A stretch of 64,000 nucleotides of DNA from Malacoraja senta (lineage: Eukaryota), in assembly GCA_038087875.1 (NCBI GenBank), contig CM075988.1:6386001-6450000 (forward strand). The letters are read 5' to 3'. The notes beneath the pieces are model-generated. The model was not told the DNA's origin, did no database searches, and saw nothing but the letters and a program-made list of their open reading frames with translations. The position numbers and the translations under genes were made by a program. Below, one piece after another: positions 22,590 to 34,763 of this stretch. The number at the start of each line of letters is the position of its first letter. Positions within the stretch are counted from its first letter, which is position 1.

Positions 22590-23733
22590 ATTCATTACTT
22601 TTCATTTATTCATTTTTTCTATGTACCTTTTTATATCTCAGTCTGGAGAAGGGTCTCAACCCGAAATGTCACCCATTCCTTCTATCCAGAGATGCTCCCT
22701 GTCCCGCTGAGTTACTCCAGCTTTTTTTGTCTATCTTTGGTGTAAACCAGCATCTGCAGTTCCATCCTACACATCGAGGGCAACAAACACTCCACGGGAT
22801 CGAGGAGACACAGCATATGCAATTGTGTAGGATGGAACTGCAGGTGCTGGTTTACACCAAAGATAGACACAAAAAGCTGGAGTAACTCAGCGGGACAGGC
22901 AGCATCTCTGGAGAGAAGGAATGGATGACGATTCATGTCGAGATCCTTCGTCAGACTGCTGCCTGGCCCGCTGAGTTGCTCCAGCAGTTTGTGTCCATCT
23001 ACAGAATATGCAAATTCCTGCCTCCCTCTTCCACCACCAATGTACACCTTTGGCTGCAGAATGTGCGGGAACTAGAAGACTCAAAGAAGGAAGCAATCCC
23101 TGAGTGAGCTGGGCTCATTTGATCTTTATTGGGTTAATCAAAGAGGTGAAGTCACAACCAGTAAATAGGCCGTATGTTTCTTTTTGCACTTGTAGTTTTT
23201 CATTCGGACTGGCATGGGGACTGATTGCTGGAATAATGGACCTCTAACACACTCCATTCAGACTGCCATGGGTTGCACTGTATAAATATTTGCTTAACTC
23301 CCTTGTCCTTACATCCACTCACTATTCCACAGAACACATGCAGAATTGTTCCCTTAAGCAAGGGGCCCATCCATATTTTAATTGAATAATCACTTTTGTA
23401 GATTGATTTGCCCAGCTGTCATCCAATATGTTCCTATGTCAGAGAGGGGAGGGGAGGGAGGGGGGAAAAGGTGACAGGCGTGAGAGAGCGGAGAGAGAGC
23501 GGTGGATTATAGGGAGGGGGTAAGGGGTTTAGGAAGAGGATACAGCTTGGACGAGTTCCCAGGGGCTCTGAGAGAAGCAGACACTTTGTACAGACTGAAA
23601 GCTCTCTGAAAGCTCTGATTGTGGAGGTTTCTCAGCCCAGCTCGGGCAGATACCAGAAGCCTGGCTGGAGAAACCTCCGTGAATACAGCAGTGCAGTGAG
23701 CCGTTCAGTCATGTCACGTCTCAGACCAACAAA

Positions 23734-24102
23734 GGTGGCATAGTGGTGCAGCGGTAGAGTTGTTGCCTTACAGCACCAGAGACCCAGGTTCGATCCTGAC
23801 TATAGGTGCTCTCTGTATGGAGTTTGTACATGATCACATTGAATGGTGGTGCCGGCTCGAAGGGCCGAATGGCCTACTCCTGCACCCATTGTCTAATGTC
23901 TATTGTCTCTGTGACCATGCGGGTTTTCTCCGGGTGCTCCGGTTTCCTCCCACACTCCATAGACGTGCATGTTTGTAGGTTAATTGGCCTCTGTAAATTG
24001 TCTCCAATGTGCAGGATAGTTCTAGTGTACTATTGCTGGTCTGCGCAAACTCGGTAGGCCAAAGGGCCTGTTTTCACGCTGCATCTCTAAACTAAACTAA
24101 AC
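23734..24102 (+). mobile_element. HE1-like SINE containing a CR1 tail insertion (about 23830-23905)
   Basis: SINE core split by CATGATCACATTGAATGG..GGCCTACTCCTGCACC. Confidence 0.8.
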
Positions 24103-24549
24103 GAAGCGTATTATCACACAGAAAAATTCCCTGGGATTTAACCCAAAACGTGCAAAGTTTGATAAAATCACAGAGTGTTTGGGAGTTGGGTTGTGAGGGT
24201 CTACAGTGGGCAATGCCTGTTCCTTGAACAGGTTCATTTGTTTGGGTCCGAGGGCAGCATAGAGATTGCCCCAGTCTTGTACACAGCTTACACCAAATAG
24301 ACTTTGTCATGCTTAGTAAAACACTCACCATCTGCTGTGTTTGAAATCATTTCCCTAGTCTCAACAGTTTTCACACACTGCAACGTACAGGGCACTTATT
24401 CATCCTGACTGACTGCTACCACTGAGGGAAGGCTTCATACCAGGCCCGCACTCATCCCAGATCCAAACCCCAATTGTCCCAATCCCAGGGCGCTCCGGAG
24501 GATCTGAGCTGATGCTGCCGGGAGCTCAGTCACATCTACTGTCACATCC

Positions 24550-24760
24550 CAGGTAGACACAAAATGCTGGAGTAACTCAGCGGGTGAGGCAGCATCTCTG
24601 GAGAGAAGGAATGGGCGACGTTTCGGGTCGAGACCCTTCTTCAGAAGCCCATCAATTAACACTTGAAAGGACACAAAATGATGGAGTAACTCAGCGGGTC
24701 AGGCTGCATCTCTGGAGAACATGGATAGGTGACGTTTCGGGTCATGACCCTTCTTCATTG
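24550..24760 (-). mobile_element. Two tandem Penelope pseudo-LTRs; the first has an intact hammerhead-like core
   Basis: 24617-24644 reverse complement = CTGAAGA A GGGTCTCGACCC GAAA CGTC. Confidence 0.8.
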
Positions 24761-24888
24761 GGAGAAACATAGTGGGATAACATAGAATGAATGAGAACGG
24801 GTGACCGATGGCCAGAGTGGACTCAGTCGACCTGTTTCCGTGCTGCATCTCTATACTAAGTGGTGGGATTCGTACAGGTGGATGTTTG

Positions 24889-25450
24889 ATAATAATAATA
24901 ATAATAATAAATATATTTTTATAGCACGTTTAAAAACAACTCACGTTGACCAAAGTGCTTCACATCAGTGCAGGTACTAATTTGATACATACAACGGTTG
25001 ACAGACCTAACAATACATACAATAACTGATTACAGCGCCCCCTCAGAGGGGCTCAAAAACGCTAGGGAGTAGAAATAGGTTTTGAGTCGTGACTTAAAGG
25101 AGTCGATGGAGGGGGCAGTTCCGATGAGGAGAGGGATGCTATTCCACAGTCTAGGTGCTGCAACCGCAAAAGCGCGGTCACCCCTGAGCTTAAACCTAGA
25201 CCGCGGGATAGTCAGTAGCCCCAAGTCGGCCGACCTGAGGGACCTGGAGGTAGAATGGTGGGTTAGAAGATTTTTGATATAGATGGGTGGGCCTTTAAAG
25301 GCTTTGTATACGTATAAGAGGAGCTTGAAGTTGATTCTGTACCATACTGGGAGCCAGTTGGGAGAGGCCAGGATCGGGGTGATGTGGTCCCTTTTACGGG
25401 TACACCCGTCAGAATTCTTGCTGCGGCATTTTGGACCAATTGATAGCCAG
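24889..25450 (-). mobile_element. L2-clade LINE 3' end
   Basis: QLVQNAAARILT..GDRAFAVAAPRLWNSIP..FKSRLKTYFY; (AAT)n tail on +. Confidence 0.88.
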
Positions 25451-25984
25451 CATGGTGATAGTGGCTAACCCCACACCCCACCTAGTGAAGAAATCTCCCA
25501 ACCTGAAACAACTCCCAAGATGCTGACTGACGCGCTGAGTTACTCCAGCACTTTGTGTCTTTGTGGCTTTGTGTCTTTCTTTGGTATAAACCAGCATCTG
25601 AGGTTCTTTGTTTCTACCTTGCGTTTATCTGTCTTCCCTGAGACTCCAATGTTGGTAGGTCTTGTACCACGACCTTGCCCATCATCCGACACCTTAAGAT
25701 ATGGATAAGAAATATTCTGATTGCAATGTAAAATGGTTAAGGGTTGTGCTATATATTGTGAAAAGCAATCTAAATAGAGGGAGAGCTTCCTGATCCCTGT
25801 ATCTTGTGCTGCAGCAGAGACACATTGGAGAACCCAGCCACATGTTGGTTACAACCCATTGTGCCGAGTGGCAAAGCAGGTCCTAATAACTTTCTCGACA
25901 CCCTTTATGTGGCAAATCTTTGCATACCTTAGGGATGTAAAACAAATATCATTGAGACTATTCATTCATTCATTAATTTACATG

Positions 25985-26690
25985 GTAACTCCGTTAAATG
26001 CCCTAACAACACGGAAATCGCAATCAAAACATGGGGGGGACACATTTTTTGGTGGCCGCGCGCGCATGCACACACACGCGAGGCTTCGGCCATGGGCCCT
26101 GTGGACGGTAACATCGGGAGATGACCTGGTTGGTGACCGACTCCGAACTCCAGCAACAGCAGCTTCTTCCGCCCCAAATCGTGGGGCTTCAAACGGCCCG
26201 TTCGTGGGGGCTTCAACATCGGGAGCCTCGATCGCCTCGACGCAGTAATTTGACCGCGAGGCGGTGGAAGGTCCCACGGCTGGCCGCGCCGGGCGATGAA
26301 AAGCCCCGCGAACGGGCCAATTCAAGCTCCGCTCTATGATCTTTGCTCCACGGATGTCTCCCTCCTCCAATCACCGCGCTCTATCCTCAATCCCACCCCC
26401 CCTACTTCCGTCTCTGACTGACACCTCCCTCCTCCAATGATCGCACTGAATCATCATGGTCCCCCCCCCCCCACTGCTTGCTGACCGACATCTCTCTCGT
26501 CCAATCGGCGCCCTCGATCATCAGTCCCACCCCCACTGTCTCGCGGAAAACGGAGATCTTTAATAGATTTATTTTTACCGAGTTTTAAAATAGGGATTAC
26601 AAAACATGGGGAGGGAATCGTCCCCCACCTCTCAACGCATGGGGGGGCGGCGTGTCCCCCATGTCCCCCCCCCCGGGATTCCCGCCCCGC
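25985..26690. mobile_element. CpG-rich non-autonomous DNA-transposon fragment (possibly hAT), left end not seen
   Basis: Right end GTCCCCCCCCCGGGATTCCCGCCCCG; repeated AAAACATGGGG motif; no TSD found. Confidence 0.4.
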
Positions 26691-26937
26691 CTAACACCAG
26701 CATCCACCCATCTCCCCCATACCCCGAAACAACCTGCCCACTTGGCAGCTGAATGCACTGCTAGTGAGCATTCGGAGAATGTTTTGGCCTCTCCAAATTG
26801 AGGATCAGCTGTGGACGACACCTCACTTGGTCCACAGAGAGCTGAGCATCAGGCCATTGGTCAGTGAACCTTGTCGAATATATCGAGAAGAGCAAAGTCA
26901 TTCTTTTAAAAACATAATATGTTAGTCAAGTTTATTA

Positions 26938-27233
26938 ATTTAGAGACACAGCACGGAAACAGGCCCTTCAGCCCAATGAGTCGGCGCTGACCATCAATCC
27001 TCGTACACTAGCACTATCCTATACACTACGGACAATTTACAATCTTAACCGAGGTTAACCTACAAACCTGAACATTTTTGGAGTGTGGGAGGAAACCGGA
27101 GCACCCAGGGAAACCCACGCGGTCACGGCGAGATCCTACAAAGTCTGTACACACAGCACCCGTAGTTAGGATCGGACCCAGATCTCTGGCGCTCTAAGGC
27201 AGTAACTCCACCGCTGCGCCACTGTGCTGCCCC
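26938..27233 (-). mobile_element. HE1-like SINE
   Basis: Full minus copy. Confidence 0.85.
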
Positions 27234-27737
27234 ATTTATTTGATGTGATCCCTCATCATTAACTAGGCGGTAAGTAACTTATTGGAAAAAGAAGAAACTC
27301 TGGTGGATGATGTGGCAATTGATTTGTAGAGTCGGGCTCTGAACCCTACCATTTCTTGAATGCTGTTTATAGAGCCCAGCTCCAAGAGCACAGTTTAGTT
27401 CAAACAACCTTGTGAGGCCTTTGAAAAGTTCGAAGGAACCAGTGGTGTTCTGTGCCAGATATACAGCAATGTTTAATATCCACCTTTTTCTGTGCCAACA
27501 TTCTCCTGGGTCATTCACACAGATGAATTCTGAGCATTAGATTGAGATGACTAAAAATAAGACCAGGAGAAAGTGTTGAAGCCCTTAGATGTTACAGACC
27601 ACGAGAAGTATATCCCTCATCTTGAGGACTAGATCCTTTCAGCTGTGGTTAATCCTCAGAACATCCCCTGGATATTTCCACCTGATACCTTCCCACTCCT
27701 AGATACTTCCCTCAATCTAAGGATGGTACATACGCTC

Positions 27738-27952
27738 GGAGATAGACACAAAGTGCTGAAATAACTCAGCGGGTCAGGCAGCATCTCTGGAGATAAAGGA
27801 TGGGTGACATTTCGGGTCGGAACCCTAAAGGATCTCAACCTGATATGTCATCCATCCTATTTCTCCAGAGATGCTGCCTGGCCTGCTGAGTTACTCCAGC
27901 GCTTTGTGTCTATCTCTGATACAAACCAGCGGCTGCAGTTCTTTGTTTCTAC
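27738..27952. mobile_element. Penelope foldback insertion
   Basis: Inverted pseudo-LTR arms; imperfect flanking duplication TACATAC(G)CTC. Confidence 0.7.
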
Positions 27953-29882
27953 ATACTCTGAGAGCTTCCCTTGAGAACATTATCCCACCCTGGGTACATC
28001 CCTACAATGGAGACATTATCCCATGCTTGGAATATCCCCCAAGGAGATCCTCCAATATTGGCAGGAAGGAACTGCAGATGCTGGTTTAAACCGAAGATAG
28101 TTACAAAATGCTGGAGTAACTCAGCGGGACAGGCAGCATCTCCGGAGAGAAGGGATGGGTGATGTTTTGGGTCGAGACCCTTCTTCTGAAAAGTCATCCA
28201 TTCCTTCTCTCCTGGGCACATCCTCTCACCACGAATAAACCTCCTCACCCTTTCTTCATCATGGAGGTACTATTCTTCCCTAATTGAACACCCCTTCCAC
28301 TGGGACAAGCTGTGAGTATTGTCTACAATAACAGGGCAACTAGATGGGTAAAGAAACCCTGCACTAATGACAGGCAACTGAGGAACGCTGATCGAAGTTC
28401 AAGGGCTGAGCGTGTAGGCAGCAATTTTACATGTGTAGGAGTAGCCATTCAGCCCATCAAGTCCATGTTGGCTCTCAGAGCTATCCCATCGACCCGATGC
28501 TCGCAATTATTTCTCAGTGGTCTATTCTATCTCACAGCCCATGAATATCGCCCCTGCTCCTCCTGCCACACAACTATCATGAGTGAGTAGCTCTACCAAC
28601 CCACACGTCTTCGGGATGTGGGGTGAACCCCATGCAGCCACAGGAAGGAAATGTCAAATCCATGCAACTAGCACCAGACGTCAGGGTCGAATCCGTGGCA
28701 CTGGAGTTGTGAGGCAGCAGCTTTACTCGCTGCGACACTGTAGTCAACCTCCGGAGGTCAACCGTTCCACGAGGATCATTTCCCCCCCCCCCCGCCCCCC
28801 GTGTGAATGGGGACATTTTCTACCAGGGAGCCTCCAATCTCAGTCGCAGAGCAACGCCCAAGACATTGATGGCAGCTTTGTTCTTCACTCAAATCCTACA
28901 CGTTCTCTGTGGTTAGACCATCTTTCTGTGCGTGAAATTGTAGCTCAGTGGTTGCTAATGACAGAGCGAAATGTCTAAACTGCCCGTACAACTGCTCCAG
29001 CTCCTAGCAACAGAGAAAGTAAATACAGTCCTAGTTGGACACCTTAAGATCTGGAATGTAAATCTATTGGCAGGCTGCTCTGTACAGCTGAGCTGTGCGT
29101 CTGAACTCTTCGCACCCAAGCTGTGTTCCAGCTCTCTGTAAGCAGTCATTCTGAATGTTAACGTGTTGTTTAAACCCTGTTGATTACTTCAGTGAGGAAT
29201 AGATTTACACAAGTCAGACAAAGAATCAAACCCTTCTGTCCAAACAGTCTATCCAACAGACTGTCCAAGTTACATTCCCTCTGTCTGTTCACACGATCCC
29301 TTTCTTCTCTCCTCCATTTCATTCCTTCCCTCCAAAGGATGTAGAACCGTTCTCCTCTATTCACCACTAAACTTAGAAGCCAATTCCACCATTTCACAAC
29401 GCTGTGAACAAATTTCTCTTCCCTCTTTTCTAAATCTCCCTCGTTTATTTTCCTTTGCATCTTAAACCGATTCAATCTTGAACCTTGACTCTATTTTATT
29501 GTGTTAAACACTGCAATGATATAATTCTGCAATCTGCCTTGTTCCAAAGGAACCCTGGTTTTTCAGCCCAACTCATCCATGCCAGCCAAGTGGACATCCT
29601 CTGTGCTTATTTTTTCTGGCACCACCATCAGGTGTTTAACCTCGGATTTCAAAACTCCAATATTCTCTCAGTGGTTTGGGGACAATGGCAATATACTTCA
29701 CAGCTCCAGCGACCATCGTTTAATCCAAGCCGCCCTTTGCTGCTTGTGTGGAGTTTGCACGTTCTCCCATGTGGATCTCTTCCAGGAGCTCTTGTTTCCT
29801 CCCACATCCCAAAGGTGTGCAGGTTAGTACGCTAATTGGGCACTGCCTATTGTCTTTGAGATGTAGCTGGGTTGTAGACTTA

Positions 29883-30648
29883 TGGGCCTGTCCCACTTAG
29901 GCGATTTTTCAGGCGACTGCCGGTGACTGTCAAGTTGCCGGCAGTCGCCTGAAAGACCGGCAACTGGAACGGTGACTGTCAGAGTGGAACACACACACAC
30001 ACACACAAACGCATCACTCCCATCACCAGCCCGTTATGCAGGCAGGGGGACAGGGCAAGCGGGGGGAGCGCTGTCTGAGTGAAATTCACACGGTGCAAAG
30101 CCAACATGAAACAGACACACACCGCGATGAACAAGAAGGTTGGCGCTGTAATTAGAGAAGCTAAAAAGCACAGTGTGCGGTAAGTCCTTTAAAAGACAAC
30201 TTTTCAGAAGCCAGAGATACACGGCTGTGAAGTTCGGGGGACATTAACATTACCGGTCGGTTATCCTTGGTTCTGAAAACTACTGCTTACATTTTTTTTC
30301 CCAATGAGCCAATAAAATTCACTGGTCAGCACCGGCTACAACCTACGAGAACCTATGAGAACCTTCGACCTTCTGGCAACCCATTAGGACGTCCTGGCGA
30401 CCAACCTACGGCACGAGAATTCTCGCTACTCTCCATGGCGGCTTCATTCTAGTCGCCACTAATTTCACAACATGTTGAAAAATTTGAGGCGAACCATTAC
30501 GAGGCCGCGACTAGTTCCCAGAATGGGGTAACTCCTCACGACCATGAAGGCGACTCCCCGGCAACTACCCGCGAACATGTGGCGACCATGTGGCGACTGC
30601 ATAGTCTCCTGCAGTCGCCTAAAAAGTCGCCTGAGTGGGACAGGCCCA
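29883..30648. mobile_element. Harbinger-type non-autonomous element
   Basis: TIR TGGGCCTGTCCCACTTAGGCGA / TCGCCTGAGTGGGACAGGCCCA; flanks TTA/TAA. Confidence 0.85.
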
Positions 30649-31074
30649 TAAAGGGAAGTTTAATGGAAATGTGTGCAAAATAAAAACAGAGACCAGTGTA
30701 GACATCAATGGGCCAAAGGGCCTGTTTTCCTGCCATATGATTATGACTCCGTGACTGCTGTTAGTTTCATGGGTACATGTCATCATATCTTGGCTTTTAT
30801 CTCCAATAGATATCATGACAAACCTGAGAATTCTACTATCCATTGTACAGCCTTCTCAATCCAGGGCCTTTTGCCTGATGAATCTGTAGGTCAAATCTCA
30901 AGACACCAACATTTCATGATGTGTAAAAAGGAACTGCAGATGCTGGTTTACGCTGAAGATAGACACCCAAAACGTTACCCATCCTTTGTTCCCCAGATAT
31001 GCTGCCTGCCCCGTTGAGTTACTCCAGCACTTTGTGTCTATCTCATAACATGACATAGCCTTTACTCTCATTTA

Positions 31075-31319
31075 AGGGCCTGTCCCACTTGGGCGTTATT
31101 TGCGCATCATTTACGCGACATCATTTACGCGTCACGGTGCACGACACAACATCATTTACGCATCACGCGCGTGTCATGATGCGCACGTGACGCGCGCATG
31201 GCGCGTGATGAGACGTGGTGGCGTAGGCAGTGATGCGCGGTCGCTCGCGGCGCCCCAGGATTTTGGGCGTAGTGGCGTAGGCAGTGACGCGCAAATGACG
31301 CCCAAGTGGGACAGGCCCT
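31075..31319. mobile_element. Harbinger-type MITE, CpG-rich subfamily
   Basis: TIR AGGGCCTGTCCCACTTGGGCGT..ATTTGCGC; TTA TSD (31072-31074, 31320-31322); internal CATCATTTACGC repeats. Confidence 0.88.
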
Positions 31320-31560
31320 TTAGAACACAGTTACTGACATTCATTCAGAATACATCACCCTCACCTATAACCTGTTGGTCAATTCCACCATCTCACCAAA
31401 ATATCCATCATCTGCAAAATAATATTTATTATTATTTAATTATTACTATCCCTATTTTGATGGCATCTGTGAATCACAGTAGTAATCGTTTCTCTACTAT
31501 ATATATGTTCCCTGTGAACACACAACCACAAATTACTTCTAACGATGTAGAGAAAAGTCT

Positions 31561-31770
31561 CGTGTAGGAAGGAACTGCAGATAGACACAAAATGCTGGAG
31601 TAACTCAGTGGGTCAGACAGCATTTCTCGTGAGAAGGAATGGGTGACATTTTGGGTCCAGACCCTTCTTCATACTGAGGAAGACGTCTCAACCCAAAACG
31701 TCACCCATTCCTTCTCTCCAGAGTTGCTGTCTGTCCCTCTGAGTTACTCCAGTATTTTGTGTCTATCTCC
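31561..31770. mobile_element. Penelope foldback insertion
   Basis: Inverted arms; exact 12-bp TSD AGAGAAAAGTCT (31549-31560, 31771-31782). Confidence 0.8.
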
Positions 31771-33204
31771 AGAGAAAAGTCTTTATCTCTAGCCTATGAT
31801 TCTGATCCACCTTTAATCTAATTTGCTATCACAGAGTCATAGGGTGATACAGTGTGGAAACAGGTCCTTCGGCCCAACATTCTCACACCTATCCTTCTCC
31901 AATTCTACACACCTTAATCTACTCTAGCACTCTGCGGTGTGTTGCCTTGGCAAACACTTCCTCATGACCAAGTGCACTGGTTCCCTTCCATTCTCCCATT
32001 CACCAAGTCTATTACCTCCTCAGAATATTTTTTCAGATGCATATAGCACTGCCCCCCATTGTAAACCTTTATTGGTTCATTTTTAACTGGTCAATCTTGG
32101 TTAATTTAGAACAAACCTTGATTATTCACTGCAATCTGCTTTGCATTTGTCTATGTTATGGGCATAGTGCAGAGCCAGTGGGAATCGATGGTGGTGAAGA
32201 AAGCACGTTCACCCTGTGACCATTTGGGTTTTCTCCGGTTCCCCCGTTTTCCTCCCACATCCCAAAGACGTGAGAGTTTATGGGGATAATTGGCCTCTAT
32301 AAAATACACACTGGGGTGTCGGGAGTGGATGAGAAGGTGGGATATCATGGAGCTGACGCGGTCAGGTGATCGATAGTCAGCAAGGACTTGGTGGGCCGAT
32401 GGGCCTGTTTCCACGCTGTACCATTCAATCAATTAATATCTCATGTGGCTTATTCTGTCCAAGATGGTGCTTTTTAGTGTCACACGCGTGATAAGTTGCA
32501 TTCCTGGCAAGATTTGTTGAGGTGAGGAGGCTTTGTTGAGTCGATGGTAGAGTTCTTTGCTTCTAACCTGCTCTTGAGGTTGCAATGTTGATACAAGCAG
32601 TCATAGAATCATACAGCATGGAAACAGGCCCTTCAGCCCAACTTGACCACACCGACCAACATGACCCACCTACACTAGTCCCACCTGCCTACCTTTGGCC
32701 CATATCCCTCTAAACAGTAGTACACTGAGATAGTATACCAGAGTCACCAGTTTGGTGCCATTTTCAAGTCCAGTTGTTAGTGCAGGGATCTTGATCTGAC
32801 CATAAAGGTCTGTTGTCCTGACGGCGTTGCAGGGTTGGCCTGGCCAAGCATAGCCGTGGTGTCCGCCGCCGCTGCTCCACCGCTGTCCGGTCCACATGTT
32901 CTCCCTCTTAGAGCTGAATTCAGGGAAGGACAAGGAACCAAACCAGGGGTCTTGTGAGTAGGCGACATTGAACCAGAAATGTGTTCAAGGTGCGTCTGCT
33001 TAACAGTGGGAATTCTGCCTACGAACGGAAAGGAGGCTTGTTGCCAAGTATTGGCAAAGTTCCAGCAACAGGATGGAGGCAGCTCCAAGAAAATTCCCCA
33101 ATGCTAACCTAGCCTGCAACGCAGCTACAGTCAGATCAATCACAACACCACAAGTGAACCTCATCTCCGTCTTTTAATGTTGGAAAACTTACGTGTTGTT
33201 GAGC

Positions 33205-33330
33205 AGCGCTGATGAAAGGTCACTGCCCTGAAATATCAACTCTGTTCCTCTCTCCGCAAATGCTGCCAATACTTCCACCATTTTCTGTTTTTATTTCCCC
33301 TTTCTAGGACTCGCAGTATGTTGCGTCTGT
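33205..33330 (+). mobile_element. Older Penelope pseudo-LTR with CTGATGA core
   Basis: CTGATGA-AAGGTCACTGCCCT-GAAA-TATC at 33209-33237 followed by AACTCTG..ATGCTGCC. Confidence 0.6.
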
Positions 33331-33373
33331 AATTGCTATTCCACCTGCTGCACTAGCGTAGTGTGATGAATAG

Positions 33374-33999
33374 GATGGCACAGTGGTCGCAGTAGAGTTG
33401 CTGCCTCACGGCGCTAGAGACCCGAGTTCCATCCTGACTACGATCCAGGTTCGATCCTGACTACGGGTGCTGTCTGTACGGAGTTTGTCCGTTCTCCGCG
33501 TGACAGCATGGGTTTTCCCCGGGTGCTCCGGTTTCCTCCCACATTCCAAAGACGTGCAGCTTTGTAGGTTGATTGGCTTCTGTTAATTGTCCCTGGTGCA
33601 TAGGATAGAACTGATATATGGGTGATCGCTGGTCAGCGCAGTCTCGGTGGGCCAAAGGGCCTGTTTTAGGTTAGTTTAGAGATACAGCGCGGAAACAGGC
33701 CCTTCGTCCCACCAGGTCCGCGCCGACCAGCGATCCCCACATATTAACACTATCCTACACCCACGAGGAACAATTTTTACATTTACCAAGTAATTAACCT
33801 AAAAACTTGTAGGTCTTTGCAGTGTGGAAGGAAACCGAAGATCTCGGAGAAAACCCACGCAGGTCACGGGGAGAACATACAAACTGCGTACAGACAGCAC
33901 CCGTAGTCGGGATCGAACCCGGGTCTCTGGCGCTGCATTCGCTGTAAGGCAGCAACTCTACCGCTGCACCACCGTGACCACCGTATCTCTAAACTAAAC
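33374..33999 (+). mobile_element. HE1-like SINE with a second SINE inserted in its tail
   Basis: GGGCCTGTTT|..|CCACCGTATCTCTAAACTAAAC. Confidence 0.75.
33666..33980 (-). mobile_element. HE1-like SINE (nested, inverted)
   Basis: Full minus copy with well-preserved CpGs. Confidence 0.85.
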
Positions 34000-34475
34000 C
34001 CGTCTTCTTGACCATTGGACTATCTTTGGACTATCTTTAATCAGACGATACTGGACTTTGTCTTGCACTAAACATTATTTCTTTCATCATTTATCTGCAC
34101 ACTGTGCATGGCTCAATTGAAATCATGTCTAGTCTTTCCGTTGTAAAACCAATCAAAGTCACAATGCAAGGCAATTGTTCCACAGTTCAAGTGACCCTGC
34201 TTCAATTGTGAGCTCCGGTACTGTCTATGTGGAGTTTGCATGATTTTTCTGTGACGGGGTGTGTTTCCCCTCGGTGCCCCTGTTCTTTCCCACATCCCAA
34301 GCTGTGCTGGTAGTTTAAATGGCTGCTGTAAATAGCCCCAGTGTAAGCGGGTGGCATGAGAAGCAGGATGCAGATGATGTACAGGGAGAATGTGTTACAC
34401 AAAAACAAGTGGGAGAATGGGATTGAGGGAATCTTCTGACAGCAGACAAGTCTCAGTAGGTTGAATTGTCCCTTT

Positions 34476-34763
34476 CAGATTTAAGACTTTGGGGATGCAG
34501 CACAGAAACAGGCCCTTCGGCCCACTGAGTCTGGCCGGCCAGTCCGGCCGACACTGGCACTATCCTACACACAAGGGACAATTTACAATTTTACCAATGC
34601 CAATTAACCTACAAACCTGTACGTCTTTAGAGTGTGGGAGGAAAACGGAGCAGCTGGAGAAACCCCACGCGGCCATAGGGAGAAAGCACAAACTCAATAC
34701 ACAGGACAAACCTGGGTCTCTGGCGCTGTAAGGCAGCAACTCTACCCCAGTGCCACCGTGCGC
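34476..34763 (-). mobile_element. HE1-like SINE
   Basis: Minus copy. Confidence 0.8.

Larger units (their letters stand above)
21258..22772. mobile_element. Penelope foldback pseudo-LTR pair split by L1 and CR1
   Basis: Minus arm 21258-21385, plus arm about 22600-22772 (matches 6000-6160). Confidence 0.65.

Noticed and set aside
31100-31567. 155-aa ORF
   Set aside because: Starts inside a MITE at a non-ATG codon and runs into AT-rich flank; no domain or splice support.
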